From positions 21,229 through 85,228 of the forward strand of contig JAHCRG010000017.1 in the NCBI GenBank assembly GCA_020148045.1: a stretch of DNA of 64,000 nucleotides, in the 5' to 3' direction. A program made the position numbers and the translations under genes. The stretch is from Patescibacteria group bacterium (GTDB lineage: Bacteria > Patescibacteriota > Minisyncoccia > Minisyncoccales > GWA2-38-27). Positions 9,515 to 18,804 of the stretch are shown piece by piece; the first letter of the stretch is position 1, and each line of letters starts with the position of its first letter. The notes beneath the pieces were generated by a model. The model was given only the letters and a program-made list of their open reading frames with translations. It was not told the DNA's origin and did not search any database.

Positions 9515-9904
9515 TTACTTCTTAAATTCCTTTTTAATCAGTTCAACTAATTCTCTGGGGGTGTAATCGGTTTTAAGAAGATATTTTTCCGCCTTGAAAA
9601 AAAGTCCTTTCTCCTCTAATTCTTTATTTGTATAATTAGTCAAAATGAACACTAACATATCTTTTGTTTTTTTCTGTTTTCTAATTTCTTCTAAAACCTC
9701 AATGCCATTTATATCTGGAAGAGCAAGGTCAAGCAAAACTAAATCCGGCTTCTTGGCTTTTCCTTGCTCTATTTCTTTTATTTTCCTAATAGCTTCCTCT
9801 CCCAAAAGCATTGGGTCTACATCAAAACCAGCTTTCTCCAAAGCTGTCTTATAAACATCAATGGTCGGCAAATCATCTTCAATGAACAAAATTGTCTTTT
9901 TCAT
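9515..9904 (-). CDS. Single-domain response regulator (receiver)
   Basis: ILFIEDD, PDLVLLDLALP, FILTN, YLLK. Confidence 0.92.
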   Translation of the reverse strand: MKKTILFIEDDLPTIDVYKTALEKAGFDVDPMLLGEEAIRKIKEIEQGKAKKPDLVLLDLALPDINGIEVLEEIRKQKKTKDMLVFILTNYTNKELEEKGLFFKAEKYLLKTDYTPRELVELIKKEFKK

Positions 9905-9974
9905 ACAAGTTTATTATAGCAAATTCTTAACTATTAATAAAAACAAAAAAATGTCAATTTCTATGTTGTAGTTA

Positions 9975-10010
9975 AAACAGCCCGTGGCTATTTACACTAC
10001 GGGCTGCTTT
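9975..10010 (-). terminator. Intrinsic terminator
   Basis: CAGCCCGTAG...CCACGGGCTG followed by TTTT on minus strand. Confidence 0.7.
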
Positions 10011-10013
10011 ATC

Positions 10014-10231
10014 TCAGTTATTAACAGCTTCTACGAGTTCTTTAACTTTCTTTTTATCAATTCTTTGTTTCCAGGTTTTCACATTAATTTCTCTACAATC
10101 ATCATTCCCCGCCTTTTAAGATGTGTTAACTATTGCCCCATTTACATAATCAAAGCATCTGCCCCAGATTTTATTGCCCCTAACGCAGATTCCGTTAATG
10201 GCCTTTTATTTAAAATTTCAGATCGTAATAA
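10014..10231 (-). pseudogene. BtpA/SgcQ-family pseudogene remnant
   Basis: Manual translation gives KRPLTESALGAIKSGADALI, then in another frame YVNGAIVNTS*KAG...RIDKKKVKELVEAV; resembles BtpA 'GADALIVTG' and 'DGAIVGTSLK...VD..RV..LV' motifs, with deletion, frameshift and in-frame stop. Confidence 0.7.
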
Positions 10232-10232
10232 A

Positions 10233-10928
10233 TTATTTACCAGTTAATTCTCGCATTGAAGCCCCTATAAGAACTGCTGTTGTATCTATAATAGGCATAG
10301 AAATATGAATATTGGATATTATAATTTGAAGATCAGTACATGCAAACAAGATAGCTTTTGCGCCATTTTTACATAAAGAGGAACAAATTAATTTAATTTT
10401 TTCCTCTTGAAGTTTATTTCTTTTTCCATTAATTAATTCTACTATAATTTTATTCAGACTGTCTTGTTCTGTTTTTGTCGGATACAAAAAACTTATTCCA
10501 TGTTTTTCTAAAACATCATTATATATCTTATCTTTAACAGTAGTTTCTGTAGCTAAAATCCCGACGGCATCTACTTTCATTAATTTTAGTTGCAATGCCG
10601 TTTCATCGAGTATACTTAAAAATGGTATTTTTACAGCTTCGCGAATTTCTTTTATATATTTATGCAATGTATTACATGGTAGTATACCAAAATCAGCTCC
10701 CGCTCTTTCTAATACTTTTGCCCCTTTAATCAAATATGGAAGCATCTTGTGTGAATTTATGCCCTTGATAATTGCTTCATCCTCAATGACAAAAGGAAAC
10801 GGTAAATTGTATATTACAATTGATGGATACTTATCTTTTTTATTTTTTTTAAATAAATCAATAATTGAAAGATATATTCTTGAAGTTGTTCGTGGGCCTA
10901 CCCCGCCTAGGATTCCTAATGTTTTCAT
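10233..10928 (-). CDS. Aspartate/glutamate racemase family protein
   Basis: LGILGGVGP, PCNTLH, GILATETT, ACTDL: both catalytic Cys present. Confidence 0.92.
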   Translation of the reverse strand: MKTLGILGGVGPRTTSRIYLSIIDLFKKNKKDKYPSIVIYNLPFPFVIEDEAIIKGINSHKMLPYLIKGAKVLERAGADFGILPCNTLHKYIKEIREAVKIPFLSILDETALQLKLMKVDAVGILATETTVKDKIYNDVLEKHGISFLYPTKTEQDSLNKIIVELINGKRNKLQEEKIKLICSSLCKNGAKAILFACTDLQIIISNIHISMPIIDTTAVLIGASMRELTGK

Positions 10929-11015
10929 GTTTCTTTATTATTAGTTAAATTTACTATTAATAATAAAAAATATTTTAAAAAAAAGCAAGTTAATCCTTAT
11001 TTACTCATCAGAATA

Positions 11016-11059
11016 AAAATACCCGGACCCTCATTTTTAACATGAGGTTCCGGGTAAAA
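11016..11059 (-). terminator. Intrinsic terminator overlapping 3' end of the T-box-controlled gene
   Basis: TACCCGGAACCTCAT...ATGAGGGTCCGGGTA followed by TTTTT on minus strand. Confidence 0.75.
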
Positions 11060-11909
11060 TTTCTAAGCGTTTTTTTATCCCAAGAAAAGACATTAACGCC
11101 TCAAAATCTTTATACGCACGCTTGTGGTTTCTGCTTTTTTTCCTAAGTTCGTAGTAACTATTGTGACACCAATCATATCCACGATTCCTTAAATCTACAA
11201 ACATAGGTTCTCCTTCAAGAGGAATATAGCAAGGAGTATTGCATATCGTCATATATCGATCAGTCGGATTATTTGTTGTACATAATTCTGGCCTCCGCTT
11301 TCGAAGAAATTCCCGGATCACTGTAAATCGTTCCTCCGGTTTACTCATTAGATTTACAAACTGAAAACCCTCGGCAGAATACGATTTTTTCCAAATCAAC
11401 GGATGATACATGTCTAACCAAGAAAAAGGATGGGCTGCCATATACAAAGTGGCGTTATTAGCACCCAATTCGCCCCCGTGCCTCCTTCCAGATTTTTTGA
11501 TTCTTTGAACCATATCAGCTACTTTCTCATCAGTAGAAGATTCTAGTTCAGCCCCAAGCGCGCTCAAAAGCTCTAGCGCACCACTACAAACCTGCTCAGC
11601 TCCATCGAAAAAGAAATTAATGTTACTGCCATCTAAAAACTCGGTAATTACATCTCGAAACTGTGATTGCTTCGTTTGCCACCCATTACAATAATAGGCG
11701 ATAGGCGTTGGATCAATTATTCTTACGATTGACTCAAAGCCTTTTAACCTAAGTTGTCTTGATAACTCTATTGCAGGAATCAATCCAGCACAAAACCTAG
11801 CTGGCATCCCTACCGGATGCTCATAGACAACAATGCTAATTTGTATAACATTTCTTGGCCGAAAAACAAGACCTTCTTTAATCCAAGACGAATTAATTGT
11901 GGTGTTCAT
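11037..11909 (-). CDS. Hypothetical protein under T-box control (possible class I aaRS/CDPS-like fold, unproven)
   Basis: ~290-aa ORF; SD AAAGGAG 7 nt before ATG at 11909; no family confidently recognised. Confidence 0.8.
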   Translation of the reverse strand: MNTTINSSWIKEGLVFRPRNVIQISIVVYEHPVGMPARFCAGLIPAIELSRQLRLKGFESIVRIIDPTPIAYYCNGWQTKQSQFRDVITEFLDGSNINFFFDGAEQVCSGALELLSALGAELESSTDEKVADMVQRIKKSGRRHGGELGANNATLYMAAHPFSWLDMYHPLIWKKSYSAEGFQFVNLMSKPEERFTVIREFLRKRRPELCTTNNPTDRYMTICNTPCYIPLEGEPMFVDLRNRGYDWCHNSYYELRKKSRNHKRAYKDFEALMSFLGIKKRLEILPGTSC

Positions 11910-11975
11910 GCTCAATCTCCTTTCTATTTTCAGGTTTTTAACGTACTTTCCTAAAGAACTATTTTAAGAAGAATT

Positions 11976-12199
11976 AAAAAAACTTCTCATCTCTGGTATC
12001 TACTTAATAAAGTAAATAACAGGGACGAGAAGTGTTTCCCGCGGTGCCACCCTGATTCCCCCGCTTTGGGCGGGGGCACTTTCACTGACTCTCCCCGCTA
12101 AGCGGGGTTTATCAGTTATCCTCTGGTTACGGAGGAAGCCGGGCTTCCACTAATGCAGAAGCCACCTCCTCGGGCCCATTTACCCGATTCATCGGTTTT
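11976..12199 (-). ncRNA. T-box riboswitch (transcriptional), probable Trp specifier
   Basis: T-box AGGGTGGCACCGCG (12040-12053) with antiterminator 3' strand CGTCCCT; long terminator + T7 (11976-12033); stem IIA/B-like CCGTAAC; K-turn-like GATGA/GGA at base of a very short Stem I. Confidence 0.9.
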
Positions 12200-12240
12200 A
12201 GTAATTTTCAAAGATATTTCAATTATGTAAACTGTTTTCC

Positions 12241-12268
12241 ATAATAGCAAACCAAGAAACCTTGTCAA
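12241..12268 (-). promoter_or_regulatory. Sigma70-type promoter of the T-box leader
   Basis: TTGACA-16 bp-TATTAT with TG extension. Confidence 0.65.
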
Positions 12269-12277
12269 GAGCATTTG

Positions 12278-13411
12278 TTATTTCACCGGCAGCTCAATAT
12301 AAAAGGTGCTTCCTTTGTCCTTTCCCTCTGACTCTGCCCAAATTTTACCATTGTGAGCTTTGATGATATGGCCAGTAATAAAGAGGCCTATTCCTCTGCC
12401 CGTTCCATAAACTTTCTTTGCTTCCTTGCTTCTTTCAAAAGTTTTAGTGAAGAGAGTTTTTAATTCTTCTTTTGGAATACCCATTCCTGTATCTTTAACT
12501 GTTATTTGTAATTTGTTATCTGACGGTTGACATCTTACAATTACTCCTCCCTTAGGAGTATATTTTATTCCATTATCAACAATGTTAAATAAAGCTATCC
12601 TCAGTTTTTCAGGGTCGGCTTTAATTCTTGGTATCTTCCCTGGTTTTTGAAGCTTGAGATAAATACCTCTGGCTTTAGCTTCAAACTGAAGCTCTTCTAT
12701 TATTTCTTTAAAGATAGGCCTTATATCTATATTAGGTTTAAGAGAAACTACTTCTTTGCCTAATTGAAATTGAGTGATATCTAAAAATTCATTAACTATT
12801 TTAATTAATCTGCGAGTTGAGACCTGGAATTTTAAAAGAGCATCTTTGATTTTTGGAGAAACTTTTCCATAAGTACCTCCGAAAATCAAGTCAAGATACC
12901 CTATCATTGAGGTTAGGGGAGTCCTTAAATGATGCTGAGTAGCCATAATAAACTGATTTTTCGCTTCATCTAATCTTTTAAGTTCTTGATGAGCCTTTTT
13001 TTCTACCTCGTAAGCTTTTCTGATTTCTTGAGTTTGCTCATCTACTTTTTGCTGGAGATTTTCAGTCAATTCTTCTAAGGCCTCGTTAGCTTTTCTTTGG
13101 GTAAAATTAGCTTTGATAATTTTGTCCGTGCTCTTGTTAAAAAAGTAACCATAAACAATGACTAAGGTAAAAACAGAGATAATTACTAATTTTGAAATCT
13201 TCCCTTCAATTAAAAAAGAAAGGGTAAGAAAAAAAATTATTAAAATCGAGCTGATTATTTGATAATGCAAAAACAAGCAATTGCGGAATTTCAATTCGCA
13301 ATGCTGACAACGTTTATAAGGAGTATGATTAAGGGTTTTGACTAACCAGCAATTTTCGTTAAGATATCCGGGTTTTCCTATTTCCATTTTTTTCTCTTTG
13401 AAATTTTTCAC
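12278..13411 (-). CDS. Membrane sensor histidine kinase with N-terminal Cys cluster (start may be ATG 13387)
   Basis: H-box QHHLRTPL, NIVDNGIKY, DTGMGI, GRGIGL, GSTF; two TM helices; N-terminal CWL...RCQHCELKFRNC. Confidence 0.93.
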   Translation of the reverse strand: MKNFKEKKMEIGKPGYLNENCWLVKTLNHTPYKRCQHCELKFRNCLFLHYQIISSILIIFFLTLSFLIEGKISKLVIISVFTLVIVYGYFFNKSTDKIIKANFTQRKANEALEELTENLQQKVDEQTQEIRKAYEVEKKAHQELKRLDEAKNQFIMATQHHLRTPLTSMIGYLDLIFGGTYGKVSPKIKDALLKFQVSTRRLIKIVNEFLDITQFQLGKEVVSLKPNIDIRPIFKEIIEELQFEAKARGIYLKLQKPGKIPRIKADPEKLRIALFNIVDNGIKYTPKGGVIVRCQPSDNKLQITVKDTGMGIPKEELKTLFTKTFERSKEAKKVYGTGRGIGLFITGHIIKAHNGKIWAESEGKDKGSTFYIELPVK

Positions 13412-13427
13412 TTTTTTCCATTATTTC

Positions 13428-13853
13428 TTATCTCTTAAAAATCTTTTTAAGAAAAACATACATTAAAGTAGCCACACAAAAACCAACAAAACAAGCCAAA
13501 AATATCAAAAAAGCCATTATCAAAATAAAAATCCAGACAAAATCAACAAATTTTCCAAAATAGAGAAATAAAAAACCAATAAAGAGAAGGACTGCTGTCA
13601 TGCCAGAGACAAAATTTAATTCTCCTGATTCTTTCTGAATTGGTTCCGATCTTTCTTTTAGCAACTTTCTTAAAACCAAAGCGTGAAATTGATAAAGAAT
13701 ATCAATTTTTACAGAAAAAATCCTCAACCCCACCAAAATGCTCGCTGCCAAAACCAACCAATGATTATGAATCAAAAAAGCAATTAAGGTTAAAATTCCA
13801 GCAATAGCCCTGGAAAATTTCAAAGAATTATCATAAATTAGGCATTGTTTCAT
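13428..13853 (-). CDS. DUF4395-like membrane protein
   Basis: 4 TM helices, C-terminal GFCVAT.MY resembling the DUF4395 'G.C.GC..Y' motif; next to cysteine synthase. Confidence 0.65.
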   Translation of the reverse strand: MKQCLIYDNSLKFSRAIAGILTLIAFLIHNHWLVLAASILVGLRIFSVKIDILYQFHALVLRKLLKERSEPIQKESGELNFVSGMTAVLLFIGFLFLYFGKFVDFVWIFILIMAFLIFLACFVGFCVATLMYVFLKKIFKR

Positions 13854-13916
13854 ATAATAGTCATTAATATTAATTAACTTTTAAATTTTCGACCTTGAAT
13901 ACACTATGTTCATCTT

Positions 13917-14822
13917 TTAGCTATATAAATTTCCACTCAAATACTTCAGACCGCTATCAGGGAAAATGGCACAGATTCTCTTTCCTTTTTTGAGTTCTTT
14001 TGCTTTCTTTAAGGCAACATACCCTGTAGCTGCTGAGCTTTGACCAACTAACAATCCTTCTTTTCTTGCTAATTCTCTGGCTATTTTTTTCACTTTTTCC
14101 ATTTCTTCTCTCTTTATTTCAAAGATCTCGTCAAAAAATTTTCTTTTGAAAATTTTGAATTTTTCTATTTCAGCTAAGGGGAGGAAACCAGCTATTGAAA
14201 CTCCCTCTTTTGGAACCACCCCCACAATTTTCACACCTGGTTTTTCTTTTTTCATTCTCATTGCCACTCCCATTCCAGTTCCAGCTGTCCCCAGACTTAA
14301 AACGACCATATCTAAATTTCCCTTCGTTTGAATTAAAATTTCTTTGGCGATGGTTTGATAGTGAGCCATTGGGTTCTCTTTATTGTTGAATTGATCAAAA
14401 CAAACAAATTTTTGAGGCTCTCTTTTTAAAATCTTATCTCTTAACTTTATTGCCCCCATTTCACCTTCTTTGGCTGGAGTCAAAATCAATTCGGCGCCAA
14501 AAGCTTGAATAATCTTTCTTCTCTCTTTGTTTCCTAATTCTGACATTAAAATTTTTACTTTGTAACCGTTAATAGCGCCCAACATTGCCAAAGCTATTCC
14601 TGTATTGCCGGAAGTAGCTTCCAAAATTGTTTTTCCTTTTATTTTTGCTTTTTTCTCTGCGTTTTTTAACATAAAAAAAACCATCCTATCTTTTATCGAA
14701 CCACCGATATTGAACCATTCGAGCTTGGCTAAAATTTCAGCATCTTTTTTGCCGACCAATTTGTTAATTTTGACCATTGGCGTTTGACCGATCAACTCCG
14801 TGATGTTTTTTGCTACTTTCAT
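13917..14822 (-). CDS. cysK: Cysteine synthase family (PLP) CysK/CysM
   Basis: IGQTP, KLE, SIKDR (PLP Lys), EATSGNTGIA, DQFNN..N, GTAGT, PDSGLKYLS. Confidence 0.9.
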   Translation of the reverse strand: MKVAKNITELIGQTPMVKINKLVGKKDAEILAKLEWFNIGGSIKDRMVFFMLKNAEKKAKIKGKTILEATSGNTGIALAMLGAINGYKVKILMSELGNKERRKIIQAFGAELILTPAKEGEMGAIKLRDKILKREPQKFVCFDQFNNKENPMAHYQTIAKEILIQTKGNLDMVVLSLGTAGTGMGVAMRMKKEKPGVKIVGVVPKEGVSIAGFLPLAEIEKFKIFKRKFFDEIFEIKREEMEKVKKIARELARKEGLLVGQSSAATGYVALKKAKELKKGKRICAIFPDSGLKYLSGNLYS

Positions 14823-14855
14823 TGCTTTTCAAATTTAAGAAATTTTTTTATTTTA

Positions 14856-15290
14856 TTACTTGTTACTCGTGTTCATCCTTGTTCCATACAAAGCGGGATC
14901 TGATTTCATTCGATTTACCAATTTCCAAAGACTATTGGCGCGGACAGGAGAAAAATTTTCCCTCAACCCTATTTTATCAATAAAATACAGATCAGCATTT
15001 TTAATGTCTTCTGGTTTTTGGCCAGACAGGACTCTTATTAACAAAGCAATAATCCCTCTTATTATAACAGATCTGCTATCAATATCATAAAAGACTTTCC
15101 CGTCTTTAAATGCGGAATGAAACCATGTCTTTACTTGGCAGCCCTTGATAATATTATCTTCTGTTCTATATTTTGAATCAATTGGGGGTAAATCTTTTCC
15201 TAATTTAATTAGATAATTATATTTATCCATCCAGTTGTCAAAAATTTTGAATTCGTTAATAATTTCTTTCTGTATCTCTTGTATAGTCAT
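14856..15290 (-). CDS. sufE: SufE family sulfur acceptor
   Basis: W.DKY.YLI.LG, IKGCQ..W (acceptor Cys), IIRG, SP.RAN. Confidence 0.93.
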   Translation of the reverse strand: MTIQEIQKEIINEFKIFDNWMDKYNYLIKLGKDLPPIDSKYRTEDNIIKGCQVKTWFHSAFKDGKVFYDIDSRSVIIRGIIALLIRVLSGQKPEDIKNADLYFIDKIGLRENFSPVRANSLWKLVNRMKSDPALYGTRMNTSNK

Positions 15291-15291
15291 T

Positions 15292-16542
15292 TTACTTGAA
15301 CATTTTTTGAATTTTCTTCAGCGCTTCATATAGAGAATCTATTTCCTCTAGGGTATTATAAAAAGCCAAGGATGCTCTAATACTACCTTCAACTTTATAA
15401 TGTTCCCAAAGAGGCTGCGTGCAATGGTGGCCAGTGCGCACCGCAATACTCATTTTATCTAAAAACATTCCGACATCATACGAATGAATGTTGTTTAATA
15501 AAAAAGAAAAAATACAAGTTTTGTTTTCCGCCGTGCCGTATAATTTCAGTCCATTTAAGGCCGTGAGCTTAGCCGTTCCATAATCCAACAACTTTTTTTC
15601 ATAATTTTTTATATTATCTAATCCTATGCCTGTCAGATAATCCAATGCCGCACCCAATCCAATGGCGCCAATGTAATTAGGGGTGCCGGCTTCAAATTTA
15701 AAAGGTAACTCATCGTAAATGGTGTGCTTAAACGTCACACGATCAATCATCTCTCCTCCGCTCTGATATGGAGGCATTTCCTGCAACCAGTGCTCTTTTC
15801 CATATAAAACCCCTATTCCTGTAGGCCCATATACTTTATGCCCTGAAAAAGCATAGAAGTCGCAATCTATATCCTGAACATCAACATTCTGGTGTTGAAT
15901 TGCCTGGGCTCCATCTATTAGGACAGGAATGTTATTTTTATGAGCAATGGCTACAATTTCTTTGACAGGATTAATGGTACCAAGGGAATTTGAAACGTGA
16001 GTAACAGCCACCAGCTTTGTTCTGTAATTGATTAATTTTTTATATTCATCCAATAATAATTCACCTTTATCATTGAAAGGAATTACTCTTAGCTTAGCGC
16101 CTTTTCGGATACACATTACCTGCCAAGGAACAATATTGCTATGATGCTCCATTTCAGACACAATAATCTCATCGTTCTCTTTTATGTACGCCTCTCCAAA
16201 AGAAAAGGCCACCGCGTTGATGGAAGCCGTAGCCCCACTGGTAAAAATTATTTCACGGGCAGATCGGGCATTCAAATAATCTTGAACCTTTTTCCTGGCC
16301 GATTCATGCATTTTAGTCATTTGGTCGCTTAGATAATGAACCCCCCTGTGAACATTGCTATTATGCTTGGAGTGCAATTTGTTTATGGTATCTATAACAA
16401 CTTTGGGTTTCTGGGTGGTTGCTGCATTATCGAAATAAATAAGGGGCTTCCCATAAATTTTCTGGTTAAGCACAGGGAAATCATTCCTTATCTTTGTTAT
16501 ATTAAAAGTAGATATTTTATGAGTATTTTTTGTTTTGTGCAT
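15292..16542 (-). CDS. sufS: Group II cysteine desulfurase SufS
   Basis: YFDNAATTQKP, MEHHSN, FSGHK, FEAGTP, RTGHHC. Confidence 0.96.
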   Translation of the reverse strand: MHKTKNTHKISTFNITKIRNDFPVLNQKIYGKPLIYFDNAATTQKPKVVIDTINKLHSKHNSNVHRGVHYLSDQMTKMHESARKKVQDYLNARSAREIIFTSGATASINAVAFSFGEAYIKENDEIIVSEMEHHSNIVPWQVMCIRKGAKLRVIPFNDKGELLLDEYKKLINYRTKLVAVTHVSNSLGTINPVKEIVAIAHKNNIPVLIDGAQAIQHQNVDVQDIDCDFYAFSGHKVYGPTGIGVLYGKEHWLQEMPPYQSGGEMIDRVTFKHTIYDELPFKFEAGTPNYIGAIGLGAALDYLTGIGLDNIKNYEKKLLDYGTAKLTALNGLKLYGTAENKTCIFSFLLNNIHSYDVGMFLDKMSIAVRTGHHCTQPLWEHYKVEGSIRASLAFYNTLEEIDSLYEALKKIQKMFK

Positions 16543-16671
16543 TTTATAATTTTAGCCGTTCTCAGCAACTAATTTAATTTTACCACTTTATTCCCCAAAA
16601 CAAAAGCAGCCACCAAACCGATAACTGCTTTCATTTTATTCCAGGCCGAGTTCTTGGTTTGCTTTTTCGCG

Positions 16672-17736
16672 TTATTGTCTCAAAATTTTAGAATATGCTT
16701 TAATAAAACGCTCGGTGTCTTTAATAGCACCAATGCTAACTCTTATTGTGCCTTCAATATTTGGTCCTTTTCTTGGCCTAACAAGTATTCCTTCTGACTT
16801 CAAAATCTCAAGAGTTCTTTCCTGGTTATCTGGTTTAACAAGCAAGAAGTTAGCTGCGCTTGGCCAGAATTTTACATTGTTTTCTTGGAAGAATTTCTCA
16901 AGTTTTGGCTTGGATTTTTCCATAACCTCTCTGACATAGTTTCTCACATATTCTACATCCTCTAAGGCAGCTGAAATAGCAACTTTGGCAAACATATTTA
17001 CATCATAAGGACCCTTGATTTTTAATAATTCTTTAATATTTTTCTCCTGGCTCAAAACATAGCCGGGTCTAGTAGAAACCAAGCCAAAGGTTTTTGAGAA
17101 AGTTCTGCTTATAAAAAGGTTGTCATATTCGTCAATTAAATCCTTAACAGTAATATTTGAAAACTCAAAATAAGCTTCGTCGTGCAAAACTGCAACATCT
17201 TTTTCCCTTGCTTTCTCTAAAATCTTTAAAACATCCTCTTTGGAAATTGCTGTACCAGTAGGATTATTGGGGTTAATGAGAAAAAGTAGTTTGATATCTT
17301 CTTCAATTAAATCTAAAACCTCTTTAAGGGGGAATGATAAATCTTCTCGATAAGATGGTTTTAATATTTCTGCTCCCTGAACTCCAGCTGACTGATAGTG
17401 CATAGCAAAGCTCGGAGTCGGTATTATCACTTTATCACCGTCTTTAACAAAAGCTCTCATAATTACATCAATACCCTGATCAGAACCATTAGTAACCATT
17501 ACTTGAGAAGGTCTTACACCAGCATATTGAGCAATTCTTGAATCTAAATCTCCGTATTCAGGATAAACTTGAAGCCGGCCTGACTCTATAAATTCTTTTA
17601 ATGCTTTTTTAACCTTTGGGCTTGGCTCTATGGTCATTTCATTAAAGTCCAACAAAAGATAACCACCTGTGGCTCTCCCTTCTAGGGGTGGTTTATAAGG
17701 ACTCATCTTTTTAATATTTTCCCTAAATTTCGCCAT
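16672..17736 (-). CDS. hisC: Histidinol-phosphate aminotransferase
   Basis: LDFNE, NGSD, NPNNPTG, DEAY, RTFSKTFGL; adjacent to hisB. Confidence 0.9.
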   Translation of the reverse strand: MAKFRENIKKMSPYKPPLEGRATGGYLLLDFNEMTIEPSPKVKKALKEFIESGRLQVYPEYGDLDSRIAQYAGVRPSQVMVTNGSDQGIDVIMRAFVKDGDKVIIPTPSFAMHYQSAGVQGAEILKPSYREDLSFPLKEVLDLIEEDIKLLFLINPNNPTGTAISKEDVLKILEKAREKDVAVLHDEAYFEFSNITVKDLIDEYDNLFISRTFSKTFGLVSTRPGYVLSQEKNIKELLKIKGPYDVNMFAKVAISAALEDVEYVRNYVREVMEKSKPKLEKFFQENNVKFWPSAANFLLVKPDNQERTLEILKSEGILVRPRKGPNIEGTIRVSIGAIKDTERFIKAYSKILRQ

Positions 17737-17738
17737 AC

Positions 17739-18329
17739 TTAAATTAAGCCCTTGGTGCTAGGAAGCTCTTCTAAAATTCTCTTGTCTTGAGAACAAGCTA
17801 CTTTCATTGCTTTGCCAAAGGCCTTGAAAACTGACTCTGCTTTGTGATGGTCATCTTCTCCATATAAGGCCTTGATGTGCAAAGTAGCTTCTAGATGCCG
17901 AACAAAACCCCAAAAGAACTCTTTGATTAAACCAGATTCCAAATCTCCAATTTTTGGATTCTTAAATTTACAATCAAAATTTAAAAAAGCCCTGCCAGAA
18001 ATATCTAAAGATATTACTGAAAGGGCTTCGTCTAATGGAAAAACAAAATAACCTGCTCGGTTAATTCCTTTTTTATCTCCAAGAGCTTTTTTAAATGCCT
18101 CTCCCAAACAAATACCTATATCTTCAACAGTATGATGCTGGTCAATATCAATATCTCCTTTAGCTCCGATTTTTAAATCAAACAAGCCATGCTTGGCAAA
18201 ATTATCTAAAAGATGATTCAAAAAGGGAATAGGGGTTGAAATATCTACTTTCCCCTTTCCATTAATATCAAGCTCTATTTCAATATCTGTTTCTTTAGTT
18301 TTCCTCTGAAAAGAAGTTTTCCTTCCCAT
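17739..18329 (-). CDS. hisB: Imidazoleglycerol-phosphate dehydratase
   Basis: RKTKETDI, DQHHTVEDIGI, GEDDHHKAE. Confidence 0.96.
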   Translation of the reverse strand: MGRKTSFQRKTKETDIEIELDINGKGKVDISTPIPFLNHLLDNFAKHGLFDLKIGAKGDIDIDQHHTVEDIGICLGEAFKKALGDKKGINRAGYFVFPLDEALSVISLDISGRAFLNFDCKFKNPKIGDLESGLIKEFFWGFVRHLEATLHIKALYGEDDHHKAESVFKAFGKAMKVACSQDKRILEELPSTKGLI

Positions 18330-18360
18330 ATAAATATTGTAATCTTCTAATAAAAAAAGT

Positions 18361-18390
18361 AAAGCGCCTGATTAAATCACCAAGCGCTTT
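18361..18390 (-). terminator. Intrinsic terminator after 91-aa orphan gene
   Basis: AAAGCGC...GCGCTTT hairpin followed by a T-rich tract on minus strand. Confidence 0.65.
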
Positions 18391-18413
18391 CAATGTTTTT
18401 GAGAAAAGCCCTC

Positions 18414-18689
18414 TTATCCTTCCTCGAAAACTCTCACAAATACTAACTCGGAATCTGGCCATATCTCCTTGGGAGCCCTTAACCAAAACATGGTATGCTT
18501 GCCGCAAGTGCACTTTTTCTCCCCGTACGGAGGAGATAGCGGAGGATTAGGGGGTCTCAATGACTCGCCACCAAAACAACTAGGCCACTTTCCTCGCTCA
18601 CTCTTGCTCTCAGTGATTGCAAGACCTAGATCCTCTTCTATAGTGTTAACTTCTGTTTTTCCGTCATAAATCATTTTTCCTTTTGGCAT
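18414..18689 (-). CDS. Small hypothetical protein (C...CxCxxH)
   Basis: Strong SD AAGGAG before ATG, own promoter upstream and terminator downstream. Confidence 0.65.
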   Translation of the reverse strand: MPKGKMIYDGKTEVNTIEEDLGLAITESKSERGKWPSCFGGESLRPPNPPLSPPYGEKKCTCGKHTMFWLRAPKEIWPDSELVFVRVFEEG

Positions 18690-18772
18690 CGTTCTTTCTC
18701 CTTTTTTTTCTGATTGTTTCTTTTAAACTCTTGATTGTTTCTTTTAAAAACCGGGTAAAATGTACTGATGTA

Positions 18773-18801
18773 AGTATAAATAAACCCAAGCAAAATGTCA
18801 A
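18773..18801 (-). promoter_or_regulatory. Sigma70-type promoter
   Basis: TTGACA-17 bp-TATACT. Confidence 0.75.
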
Positions 18802-18804
18802 GGT

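Noticed and set aside
16568..16670. Short hydrophobic frame (MKAVIGLVAAFVLGNKVVKLN) between hisC and sufS
   Set aside because: Too short, no recognisable family or initiation signal
18711..18748. 17-bp direct repeat tgattgtttcttttaaa x2 as CRISPR or att site
   Set aside because: Only two copies 4 nt apart, no spacers, cas genes or integrase; looks like a local duplication in a leader
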